A stretch of 63,546 nt of DNA, counting the filler, from Octopus bimaculoides (Eukaryota): assembly GCF_001194135.2 (NCBI RefSeq). It is 3 parts of 3 records of this genome, joined end to end, with 100 filler letters (N's around TTAATTAATTAA, not from the genome) between each part and the next. Parts side by side here need not be neighbours in the genome. Positions count along the whole stretch, not along the records: positions 18,411 to 36,725 come from NC_068987.1; positions 36,826 to 63,546 come from NC_068985.1; 1 more part is not named here. The stretch is one strand, 5' to 3'. The notes under the pieces were generated by a model that ran no database searches, was not told the DNA's origin, and saw only the letters and a list, made by a program, of their open reading frames with translations. Each line of letters begins with the position of its first letter. The first letter of the stretch is position 1. Positions 26,230 to 37,004 of this stretch are shown here, in pieces. A program made the translations under genes and the position numbers.

Positions 26230-26740
26230 ACACTTATTCAGTAGCCATGATAAAACTCGGAGTTTCGGATGCCAGGGTGAGAGCCCACGCCAACATCTCT
26301 TCAGTTATCCAGCCAATTCTCCCCATATATTACACACTCATGTGATCGCACCTGTTGATCCTGTCTCCACTCATCACCTGTGAACATCTACGGATTCTCT
26401 ACTGGACTTTCTACACTTCAGCTGCACCTCTCCTGCCTATGGATTACACTGGACTCCTCTGTTGATGAAAAATCGCTCCAATACACCATGACGTCTGAAG
26501 CTTTTGAACCTTTTGAACTTTTCATGACTTTTTTATACTTTCTAAACTTTTTTTGTGCTCTCTGCTTTTCCTATTGTCGTTTCTTCCTACTCTGGTTGTT
26601 CTTCCTTGTTTCTTTCTGTGGAAGAGTGTAGGCTCGAAGCGTTAAAGACTTTTTCACTTCCCGTGCATTATACTAATACATCTGTTGGTTGTCTACATCA
26701 CCTGTCTTCGTCTTTAGATTTTTTTTGTGAATTTTCTCCC
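26230..26740 (+). mobile_element. Penelope pLTR-like repeat fragment
   Basis: Contains the hammerhead-like motif at 26611-26649 followed by a pyrimidine-rich tail. Family assignment is inferred from that motif. Confidence 0.4.
26611..26649 (+). ncRNA. Hammerhead-like variant motif (CUGUGGA core) in a second pLTR-like repeat
   Basis: TCTTT-CTGTGGA-A-GAGT-GTAG-GCTC-GAA-GCGT-T-AAAGA. Stem I UCUUU/AAAGA and a 4-bp stem II are present, but the core deviates from CUGANGA and GAAA. Confidence 0.4.
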
Positions 26741-26852
26741 TCTATATATATATATATATATATGTATATGTATATGTATATATATATATTATATGTATGT
26801 ACGTATATTCAGTGACTGAGATACACAGATAGAGGACAGACAGACAGACAGA

Positions 26853-26884
<32 letters not shown>

Positions 26885-27980
26885 GATCAGACTGTAAGTT
26901 AGTGCTGGAGACAGTGTGAAGTTTAAAGGCAAGAAAAGGAAACAAAGCTGAATGCAAAATCAATAGATCTTGATGTACAGATGATAACATGAGAAAGAGT
27001 GAGTAAATATTGTCGTAATCCAAAGTCAAATGCTTGGTAGCATATGTGCTGACTAAATCAATGTTGATTTGATTGTCTTCTCAAAGAAAAAACAACTTGT
27101 CATGTCCATAAACGTTTCTTGTTAATTTACATGAAGATTTCAGTTACTTAAACTTGAAAAAAGTTTAAAACTTTAAAATTAAAAAAATTAGACATTGTTC
27201 ATTATTTTTTGCTTTGTTTTCATTTCTTTCTTTATTTATTTTATGTCTATTTATTTATTTATTCAATTTTTTGTGTTTTTTTTTAGGTGTATATAAATTT
27301 GTAGACACACAACTGACACATTTTGAAATATTTTAATGTTCATGTTTTACTTTTATTTTTACTAAAATGTAAATCTAAATACACCAAATTCAAGTGCATA
27401 ACCAGCATTTAATGGTATGTTAAACTTTGATTTGTGTCTGCATGTTTTTTTAGGTCAGAATGACATTTTTGGTGAATTTGGCCTATGAGCAACTTTTCGG
27501 ATCATGCTATGTGATCTTTCTGAAAAGGTTGTGAAGACAAAAACTTACAATTTTAATATATTTCAGAAATATCTAAAATGTACATGAATATGTCATTATT
27601 TCATTAAATTTAAAATATGCATGAATATGTTACTATTTCATAAAATTTAAAATAAACTTGAATTTGTTATACAATAAGCCATAGACATGAAGGCTACAAT
27701 GCAACATTTACTGCAAACAAAGCTGTATATTTCCCCAAGAAAGTATTCGTTAATTGAGTCTTATTTTTAGAAAATTGCTTTTTATTTAACCTTTTCCATA
27801 CAAACCAGCCTGAAATCACTTCTGTGTTACAGATTTCTTGTTTTAAAGCCATCTGAATTAAAATATTCCATTAAAATTACATGGTAATTTATGTTCCAAA
27901 TACCAGTTTAATCGTGAAAAAGTTATTTTACTGACTTCATTACTTTCAAAATTAATCTAAACAAAGACTGTGTATTTCAG

Positions 27981-28263
27981 CAGAAATATGGTAACAAAAG
28001 GGTTAGATATTTTTTAAAAAATGGGTCACAGGATATTATTGATTTGCTGAGAGAAGTCACCATGGTAAAAGCTAAGGACCATTTTTTTAGAGGATGCCTA
28101 ATTAACAGTAAAGGAGTTGACAGTTTATCACTTGTCATCTCTGACAGTGTTGATTGCAATGACATAAACTTTCAGACAAGCTCAATAAAACTAACTGCAT
28201 ATAAGTGTTACTGGCAGACATACAGTCTTATTGGTAGTAAAATGGTAGCTGCTCCTCAACACA
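27981..28263 (+). CDS. Putative internal coding exon: QKYGNKRVRYFLKNGSQDIIDLLREVTMVKAKDHFFRGCLINSKGVDSLSLVISDSVDCNDINFQTSSIKLTAYKCYWQTYSLIGSKMVAAPQH
   Basis: Acceptor tatttcag| at 27980 (NAGNAG alternative at 27983). 94 open codons of non-repetitive sequence in AT-rich DNA. Donor A|GTAAGC at 28264. Starts in phase 0 (matches exon 3359-3475) and ends in phase 1. Contains 3 Cys and an NGS sequon. Confidence 0.65.
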
Positions 28264-28479
28264 GTAAGCTTTGAAACACATTTCAATTTTATTATGCTAC
28301 CACTGTTTGCAGCTGTAAATTATGTGTCCTCCCCACCATAATACATATTTACAATTACTGAAACTGATCTTCAGTGAAAATTTATTATCTTTGCACACAA
28401 CACTGTGCAGGACTCAATAATGAGAGGATGTGAAAAGCCAATACTTAGTATCTTCTGATTATTTTCTAACCAAAGCAGT

Positions 28480-29350
28480 ATGTTCCACATCAACTTACTA
28501 GCCAACATCCCCTGCTCCCCACTACTTATAGACGCAAATGCATGTGACTTCTGAACCATGTGAGACAGCTAAGTAAAGAAACAAAACCATTCTTTTGGGA
28601 ATTTCTCTGCACATCTCTCACACAATCAAATTTCATAATCCAACAACACCCAAATTATTCCTTCAGCTAATTGACCTGAAAGTAATCACCCACCGCTATC
28701 ATCTTATAAATTCTAGCTACTATCAATTCCAGTAGCCACAAGATAATTGTCAGAGAAGTAAATAATGTTCTTGTACATCACATAGTCTGCAAGCTCACTT
28801 ATCTAGAGAATTACAATCAGGCTTTCTCCTCTCTTGCCAAGAGGAGCTTTAATAACTTTTTTCCCCAACCAAAATGTAACTGCAGATAAACTCATCATAG
28901 TTACTTTCAAATTTGCTTTCAGCTCCAACCCAAAGTAAATGAACACATAAAAATCTTCTCTACATATGCTCTGTTACCAAAAGAGTTAACTCATCTGGGT
29001 AATACAACCCAACAGAGTGGCTGTATTAAACAGACTTTATGTCATAACATCCAGTCAGTGTATACAAAATTCTTCTGCCTTCCTCTGTCAGTAGATTTCT
29101 GTTCCAATTCTAGAAACACATGACAATGCGCTCCAGCTTAGAGAAGGGTGAACTCTCTAACATTGCTTATTAGTAATGTATCACCTTCAATTCCAGCATC
29201 TCAAAAGCTTATCAGAATAAATATAAATGACTGCTTTTTAATTTAATCTATTAGAGATCAAATTTTCTACACCATGCACTAATGGTCATCTACCCTTGAG
29301 AACTTCAGTGAAAGCAATACTGTTGCCCTCGCCATCAGCAAAGATTTTAA
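28480..29350 (+). mobile_element. Highly degenerate LINE (APE/RT) remnant
   Basis: Fragmentary motifs NIPCSPLLIDANA (cf. LLGDFNA) and NTVALAISKDFN (cf. ALDISKAFD); many stops. Confidence 0.35.
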
Positions 29351-30479
29351 TTATATTCTATGTATTCTTTTTTTTTTTTTCTTTGATTTGAAGTTTTCTG
29401 AGCCAGAATTCATAAAAGACACTTGTCCAAAGCATGAATAAGTGGTTATGAGAAACTTTATTTAATTACATTTTTTTACAAATCACTCCCAACAAAGCAG
29501 AAAATCAACAGCAATAAAAGAGGCTGAGAAGCAATTACATAGATTGTTAGGAGTTTAAAACATAACTCAAGCAAAAAAGATATATCTAATCAAAACAAGA
29601 TTTAAAGAATTCGTACTATATTTAACAGACAAAGAAATAGGAAGTGAGTTCCATAAGGCAGATATGAAACTACAGAGGAGACACTCTTCTAATGAAGAAA
29701 CTATAGGAGAAAGAAACTATAAAATAAAAGTGATAGAGAGAGGATTGGTCAAGAGATGACATAATTGAATAATAAACCTTTAAAGGGACAAGAAAAGAAA
29801 GTTTGGCAGAACAATGACTATAGAAGTAAATTTGTTGTCCACATAGCTATGTCTGGATCCTATATTTATAAGCAACTTTGAGGGTCTTAATTACATGCTA
29901 AAACTAAATCTAAGACTAGATATGGTTGGATAAAAGATTAACTTTCATTTAAACAATAACTGTGCTACTGTGTTAATGAAAGTTGTGAAGCATGCTTTGA
30001 TGGTCCATACTTCACAAGTAAAGGAGTAAAGAAAATTTACATGATGCAAGGATGTATCAGCCTTCAATCTGATGAAGTTAATGTTATTATGATTTCAAGT
30101 GGGCTTGTGTTGAATGACATTACTGTAGATTACAAGACTGGAGTAAATGGAAAAGAAAAAGAACTTTAGTGTAGAAGTCCTTGACACTATCTTCAAGAAC
30201 TTACACAATGAAAACTGGGATAGAAAGGCCAGCGATAGTAAACAGACACTTAAAACAATTTTCAGCTTTGACAACAGAAGAGCAATAAAAAAGAATGCAA
30301 ACTTAAACATGAGAAATTCACAAATGTTATTGCCAACACCAAAAGACTCACTGTTTAGTGACCTGACAATCATCATCATCATCGCTGTCACTATCATCAT
30401 TATCATCATCATTGTCATCGTCTTCATCATCATCATCACCGTCGCTGTCATCATTGTCATCATCATTGTCATCATATTC

Positions 30480-30620
30480 ATTGCCATTGTTTTATTGCCC
30501 ATTTTTCCATGCTTCCATTCAAATGGAATTTGTTAAAACAAGTTTTCTACAATTGGAGGCTCATTCTGTTGCCAACCCTCACCTGTTTTCAAACGAGTTA
30601 ATATTTCTCCACGTTTTTCA
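30480..30620 (-). mobile_element. Family D retroelement tail
   Basis: Homologous to 21551-21790; preceded by an (ATC)n tract. Confidence 0.5.
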
Positions 30621-30892
30621 CAAAAGATTGGAAAAGGGTGTTAAACATCCAATTCACTGGTACTTCAGTTGGATACCATATAAATATTGGTATAATTCAA
30701 TAATAAAGATAAATTAAATATAGAGATATTCTATTGACATTCAATAATGTATTTATATTACAATGTTACATTAAATACTATGAATATAATATATGACATA
30801 ACATAATATTATATAAATAATTATAAAAACCATAAAAGTCCAACAAATTGCTTCGACTTATATATATTTTTTTTTTATATACATAATCACAG

Positions 30893-31077
30893 TTCAATTA
30901 TATATAAGTCACTTCAGGGTCAATCGGTTCAGGAAGATGAAATCTCATCTGGAAAGGATGGCTGGACTGTAAAAATTAATTCAAATGTCTGTGTTATGAG
31001 CAGGAGATTTAATTATTCATTCTTACATGAATTACAATTAAAAAACAACAAAACATTTTTACAGACGATACAATCAA
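30893..31077 (+). CDS. Weak candidate internal exon (SIIYKSLQGQSVQEDEISSGKDGWTVKINSNVCVMSRRFNYSFLHELQLKNNKTFLQTIQS)
   Basis: Poly-T tract + cacag acceptor at 30892 (alternative ttcag at 30917), open frame, perfect donor A|GTAAGT at 31078. Start phase (2 or 0) does not match the phase-1 end of exon 27981-28263, so a bridging exon would be needed. Confidence 0.3.
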
Positions 31078-31123
31078 GTAAGTGCATTCCACAACCATCA
31101 AAATTCACTTCATTATATCTCAA

Positions 31124-31181
<58 letters not shown>

Positions 31182-31371
31182 AAATCAAATAAATGAACAT
31201 TAAAAATAACAATAACAAACAACAGGAGGAGATGCACATAGAATGTACTAGTTTGATGCTCAGTAAGAAGAGAGAGTTGTTGATGCTTCGAGCATAGCTC
31301 TTTGTTGGAAAGGAAAATAGAAAAGTCCAAAGAAGGAAAAAAACACCAACAGCACATGTATAGTTAGATAG

Positions 31372-31530
31372 CATGATGGGCTTCATCTTATTTTCATCTA
31401 CCAAATCCTTTCGCAAGACTTTGGTCAGTGAGGAGCTATGTTAAAAAAGACTTAGTGCCATGTGGTGGGACTGAACCTGACACCACATGGTTGGGAAGCA
31501 AGCTTCTTAACCACATAGCCACACCTACAC
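31372..31530 (-). mobile_element. SINE family A, 5' half
   Basis: ttttcatctaccaaatcc..gactgaacc..ggttgggaagcaagcttcttaaccacatagccac. Confidence 0.8.
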
Positions 31531-32142
31531 CTGTTATATACTTATAATAAAATATTTCTTATTCAAATCCTTGAAGTATAAAAGTCTTAAATAAGTAAAT
31601 CCCTTCTTAGACCCTAAATAGTGCTCTGGATTAGTGCTTAAATCCGTTTCCTGGAGTAGCATATCTCCTGTAGGATGTGATGCCAATCTATCAGAAGTAA
31701 GAAACTGAATTCGGTGAAAGATAATGATAAAAAAAAATATATCAAATTTTCAGTATTGCTGCTGCTTATAGCAGTGAAATATACCACTTTGCTGTATCTA
31801 GATACAACTTGGTTGCTATTGCTGTTGTGTAACACCAAGTAAGCTCTGATCAAGTAGACCTATTGAACAAGAATATTCTGGACATGACCATCCATCCTAT
31901 CTTTCGATATATCTAGAGCTGTATTATTCAATCTACATTCCATTTTTTTAGACAATGGTGCTGGTGCTGGTGCTGGGTGGGGGTGATGGTGGAGGTAGTG
32001 GTGGCAGTGGCAGTGGTAGTAGTGGTGATGACGGCGGTGGTGGAGGCAGTGGTAGTGATGGTGATGACTGTGGTGGTGGTGGTGGTAGTGTGTATGTGTG
32101 TATGGTGATGGTGATGGTAGTGGTGGTGATATTGGTGGCAAT

Positions 32143-32181
<39 letters not shown>

Positions 32182-32284
32182 ATGTGTGTGTATGTATGCA
32201 TGTGTGTATGTGCATATTTGGTGGGTGTTTGGTGTTGTGTATCTGTATGTGTCATTATTAAACTGGTATTAGGGCAGTAAACTG

Positions 32285-32470
32285 ACAGAATCAGAGCATT
32301 GAAAAATGCTTTGTGGTATTTCTTGTGGACTAATATGTTGAGTTCAAATCCTGCGAGGGTTAATTTTACTTTTTATTCCTCCAGAGTCAATAAAATGAAG
32401 TTCCACTCAGCACTGTGGTTGATGGTACTAAACCTTAACCCTAAAAGCTGCTGCTTTAGTGTCTAAATCA
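32285..32470 (+). mobile_element. SINE family C
   Basis: gacagaatcag...gttgagttcaaatcctgcgagggttaattttacttttt..tcaataaaatgaag. Confidence 0.65.
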
Positions 32471-32484
32471 AAAGTCATTATTAG

Positions 32485-32729
32485 TTCTTTAGCATTTAAA
32501 CTGACCATATATACCCCACATATTCTATCTGTTTAATATTCTATCTGTTCAAATAATCTATCTGTCCAAACTGGCAAGATCCAGTTGTTCACTCTTATCC
32601 TATAATGTCATTTTAACAATAAACAATTACATCATCCAAATCTCAAAACTACAAGATAATGGCTAATTAATTCAAAGAACATGAATTAATTAGCATTACA
32701 TTTAACAAAGTAATTTGAATACTTAAGGG
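32485..32729. mobile_element. piggyBac-like MITE, uninterrupted copy
   Basis: Ends AAGGG-TTAA. Interior is the reverse complement of the MITE parts at 20107-20945 and 34945-35817. Confidence 0.55.
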
Positions 32730-32744
32730 TTAAGCTGGTGTCAG

Positions 32745-32955
32745 GTTGGTGAGCTGGCAGAAACATTAGTGTGTTGGCAAAAATATCTTATAGTATTTCA
32801 TTTAGCTCTTTACATTTTGAGTTCAAATCATGTGAAAGCCAACTTTGCCTTTGAGGTCAATAAAATAATGTACTAGTCAAGTCTTAGGGTCGATGATATT
32901 AACTAACTATTACCTTTCAAGGTTACTAGCCTTGTGTCTTAGTTTGAAACCATTA
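32745..32955 (+). mobile_element. SINE family C
   Basis: ggtgagctggcagaaacattag...ttttgagttcaaatc...gccaactttgcctttgaggtcaataaaat. Confidence 0.75.
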
Positions 32956-33154
32956 TTAAACTGGTATTTGGAATATAGATTAGAATTTTAATGCAAGGTT
33001 TTAATTTAGACTGCTTTTAAAAAGGTGGGGGGCAGCCTCAGGTGGGTTGGTATCAAAAGGGGTAAAGCCTTTGTAGTCAGGAATTGAATTCATTATTACA
33101 GCCCAATGAAACACTTGTCGATTATCACAAGATTGCTGTTTTATTAAGTTTGGT

Positions 33155-33316
33155 GTAGATGTGGCTGTGTGGTAAGAAGTCTGCTTCCCAAACACATGGT
33201 TATGGGTTCAGTTCCACTGCATGGCACCTTGAGCAAGTGTCTTCTACTATAGCCACAGGCCAATCAAAGCCTTGTGAGTAGATTTGGTACACAGAAACTG
33301 GAAGAAGCCAGTTGTG

Positions 33317-33320
<4 letters not shown>
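33155..33320 (+). mobile_element. SINE family A, 5' half
   Basis: gtggctgtgtggtaagaagtctgcttccc...gggttcagttccactgcatggcaccttgagcaagtgtcttctactatagcc. Confidence 0.85.
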
Positions 33321-33360
<40 letters not shown>

Positions 33361-34009
33361 TAGTTATTGTCAAGCCAGCATGGCAGTCCCAAAAAATAGG
33401 ACGAATGCTGCCATTGATTAGCTTCAAAAGGCCATCGCCTCTAGCTAGCTATGTGACACATGAATCTGTGTCCTTTATAACCTTCGAACAGGGGAGGTCA
33501 GCTGCTTCCCCTTGCTGGTCTGGCATCTACAGACTAGTTTCAAGGTATTGCCTCTTATCAATGTAGAGCAGCTAAACCCAAGTAGTAGTAGTAGTAACAG
33601 AAAAGGAAGGATTTCGATTATCCCCACGTGGCAAGTTGTAATGTATATAATAAAAAAATAATGGAGGAAAATGCACACACTTTACATAGTTTTAATATAA
33701 TTTTTAATATATCGACTGGTTTCGCTTTTGCTATTCATGACATTAAGATTTAATTACTTAAATACATATTTTCTTAAGAAGAAATTTTTTGGTCTATGTT
33801 GTGTGTGATATCTCTGAGTGAATGATACAAACAGTAGAAAAACTAAGGGGAGGTAATTGGTTATCATTATTATTGTTATCATTGTGGGCAGAGGAGATAA
33901 CTGTTCAGCTTTCAGTGGTGGGAAAACTAGTTTAGTGAGGAGATCTATGTACAGTGATGTAATTGTGAATTAAGATATGTAAAGTGATTAAAGTTGGTTA
34001 TGTATGTAT

Positions 34010-34600
34010 ATTTAGATGCATTCTGTATTTTTCAATGGAAAAAGTTTCTTTAATTAGACGTTCTTGTAGAGAAATTGTATTTTTGCACTGGTAGAAGGGG
34101 AAGACTGTGAAATTTGGTTTGACATTACCTGCACATTTCTCTATGTGTTCACTTAGAGGAATTTGTCTGTTTTGTGGGAACCGGATCTGATCTTTATGTA
34201 GAGTGGTTCTCTATCTCAAAGTCATACTCGTCTATCCAATATAGTGTTGTCCACAACCTGAGCAGGTTATTACATAAAGTAGGTTCTCAGAGGCACAAGT
34301 GAAATTGGTTTTAATTGTGAACCTCTCTCCTTGTTTGAAAAGGAAATCCAAGCCTTCAAGTAGGTTGGGGCATGTTCCACAGTTTAGGCGTCCACATTTT
34401 TTAACCGTTGGTTTCGTGGTTGTTTTGTAAAGCTTTGCATTTGTTAGAAGTCTCTAGTGATTTGTGTTGCTTTTTGCATTTGATGAGTTTCTGTATTTTC
34501 AGGATGTTGTTCATTTTTGGATCTCTAGTTAGTAAAGGGAGATTTTGCACAATAGTGTTGTTTGCCTCACTGTTTCTAGGGTTGTGAATTGATATAAACA
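34010..34600 (-). mobile_element. Penelope-like element (Neptune-type) GIY-YIG endonuclease region
   Basis: KKCGRLNCGTCPNLL...FTCASENLLYVITCSGCGQHYIG*TSMTLR*RTTLH...ERLIKETFFIEKY...LN; Cys-rich pre-GIY-YIG motif; two stops. Confidence 0.85.
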
Positions 34601-34659
34601 GCAGTGTTTTGAGATGAGGTGTGGTGTTATGCTTTGTTGTCCTTTATATGTATATATCT

Positions 34660-34900
34660 ATGTGTGTGTGTGGCTTTGTGCCTGTGTTTGTTCCCCATCA
34701 CTGCTTGAGAACTGGTGTTGGTGTGTTTATGTTCCTGTAACTTAGTGGTTTGGCAAAGAGACTGATAAAATAAGTAGTAAGCTTTAAAAAAAAAATAAGT
34801 CCTGCGTCGATTCATTTGACTAAAACCCTTCAAGGTGATGCCCCAGCATGGCCACAGTTAAAAGACTCAAACAAGCAAAAGAGAAAAGCAGATAAAAGAT
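34660..34900 (+). mobile_element. SINE family A, 3' half
   Basis: Family A body and tail with CpG>TpG decay. Confidence 0.85.
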
Positions 34901-34944
34901 AACATATTTTTACAGGAAGAAAAGAAAGAAAAAAACCCCATTAA

Positions 34945-35258
34945 CTCTAGCATTCAAATGTAAATAATTTTTCATTCAACTTGTATTTAATTAATCATGA
35001 ATTATTTTGTACCTTCAAAATTTTGATGATGTGATTATTCTTTTCTTTGTTTCAGTCATTTGACTGCGGTCATGCTGGAGCACTGACATTAGTCGAAGAA
35101 ATCAACCCCAGGACTTATTCTTTGAAAGCCTAGTACTTATTCTATCAGTCTCTTTTGCCAAACCATTAAGTTTCGAGGATGTAAACACACCAATATCAGT
35201 TGTCAAGCAATGGCAGGGGGACAAACACAGACACACAAATACATACATATATACATAC

Positions 35259-35308
<50 letters not shown>

Positions 35309-35817
35309 TCTTACTCTTTACTTGTTTCAGTCATTTGACTGTGGCCATGCTGGAGCACCACCTTTAGTCGAGCAAATCGACCCCAGGACTTATTCTTTGT
35401 AAGCCTAGTACTTATTCTATCGGTCTCTTTTGCCGAACTGCTAAGTTACGGGGACATAAACACACCAGCATCGGTTGTCAAGCAATGTTGAGGGGACAAA
35501 CACAGACACACAAACATATATATATATACATATATACGACAGGCTTCTTTCAGTTTCCGTCTACCAAATCCACTCACAAGGTTTTGGTTGGCCTGACGGT
35601 ATAATAGAAGACACTTGCCCAAGGTACCATGCAGTGGGAGTGAACCTGGAACCATGTGATTAGGAAGCAAGTTTCTTACCACATAGCCAAACCTGCACCT
35701 GATTGCATATTTTATAATGACATTGAAGGGTAGTTGATATAGGCTGGTTCTGGCTGGTTAGAACATAAAACAAGTAGCATATTTGGGCCAGATATGGCCA
35801 GCTTAAATGCTAAAGGG
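34945..35817. mobile_element. piggyBac-like MITE with TTAA TSD, interrupted by tandem SINE A
   Basis: TTAA-CTCTAGCATT ... AATGCTAAAGGG-TTAA. Confidence 0.6.
35041..35700 (-). mobile_element. Tandem SINE family A (partial copy 35041-35230 plus full copy 35308-35700)
   Basis: Two consecutive family A 3' parts separated by (AT)n, followed by one 5' head. Confidence 0.9.
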
Positions 35818-36189
35818 TTAAAAGTGCAAAATTGTAAAAGCTCAAATTATCAAGGAAAAACGAAACCCATAAGTACATCACCAGAAAATAAAGAAAAATA
35901 AATAATGGGGGTAGGTAAGCAACAGAAGATAGTAAGAGAGGCGTAATGGGGTTGTATACACCTCAAAACAAACGATGTATTTAACTGTGCCTCGTGGACA
36001 TGATTGTGTGGTCTTGATTGTTTACCAACAGTAAATTTTAATTATTCATATAACCCGTTTATAATTAGATTAAGATATTTGAGACAGGAAACACCAAACC
36101 TTCATTGAATCAGCTAACTGTAGTTCATAATGCTAAAAAGGAACATTATATACATCATCATCAGCAGCAGCGTTTAGTTTTTTGCTTTT

Positions 36190-36380
36190 ATTCTTTTTCT
36201 TGTTTCAGTCAATAAGACTGTGGCCAAGCTGGGGCACCACCTTAAAGAATTTTTAGTCGAATGAATTGATACCAGTACTTATATTTTTATGGCCTGGTAC
36301 TTATTTTATTGCTTTCTATTCCCGAACCGCTAAGCTATGGGGATGTAAACACACCAACACCAGTTGTCAAGCAGTGGTGG
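36190..36380 (-). mobile_element. SINE family A-type 3' half
   Basis: tgtttcagtc..actgtggccaagctggggcaccacc..ccgaaccgctaagctatggggatgtaaacacacc. Confidence 0.8.
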
Positions 36381-36725
36381 AAGACATTCGGTTAAAATGT
36401 CATACGGTTAAGCTGGTTCCCATGCATTTCCCTGAAGAGAAGATTACATCTTTATCAACATCACCTATTCCTATGGAAGGTATAATTTGTAATCTTCAAA
36501 ACATATGCTGGAAATAAAAGAATTTATTTAACATATGCGTTTTACTCCATTTACTAAATTTATATATTTACTCAAGTACCCAAAATAATAAGGAGTTTCT
36601 ACCTCATAAACAGGAGTTACACCACAGTCATTTTGTGATCTTTGCTACCCTGGTATCTATTAACCAATTTATTTTGTCTGAGTTAATTATTAACTTAGAG
36701 AAATTAAATACATATAATAATATAT

Positions 36726-36825
36726 NNNNNNNNNNNNNNNNNNNNNNNNNNNNNNNNNNNNNNNNNNNNTTAATTAATTAANNNNNNNNNNNNNNNNNNN
36801 NNNNNNNNNNNNNNNNNNNNNNNNN
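36726..36825. other. Artificial assembly spacer (44 N + TTAATTAATTAA + 44 N = 100 bp)
   Basis: Identical to 18311-18410. Confidence 0.95.
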
Positions 36826-36839
36826 TATATATACATATA

Positions 36840-37004
36840 TACGACGGGCTTCTTTCAGTTTCCGTCTACCAAATCCACTCACAAGGCTTTGGTCGGCCCG
36901 AGGCTATAGTAGAAGATACTTGCCCAAGGTGCCACCCAGTGGGACTGAACTCGGAACCATGTGGTTGGTAAGCAAGCTACTTACCACACAGCCACCCCTA
37001 CGCC
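36840..37004 (-). mobile_element. SINE family A, 5' half (young, CpGs retained)
   Basis: Near-consensus head and body abutting the spacer. Confidence 0.9.

Noticed and set aside
28375-29147. Possible bridging exons 28375-28429 and 29114-29147 (phase 1 to 2) between the plus-strand exons
   Set aside because: Weak donors (GTGAAA, GTGAAC), short length, and one lies in a LINE remnant; chance occurrence is likely.
29480-30536. Coding-looking stretch (CYCVNESCEACFDGPYF...; MEKKKNFSVEVLDTIF...)
   Set aside because: Frames broken by stops and shifts, no usable splice sites, and the ORF tail is (ATC)n. Probably a decayed transposase, but I cannot assign it.
31860-32280. His/Gly/Thr-rich ORFs
   Set aside because: (GGT/GAT)n and (GT)n repeats.
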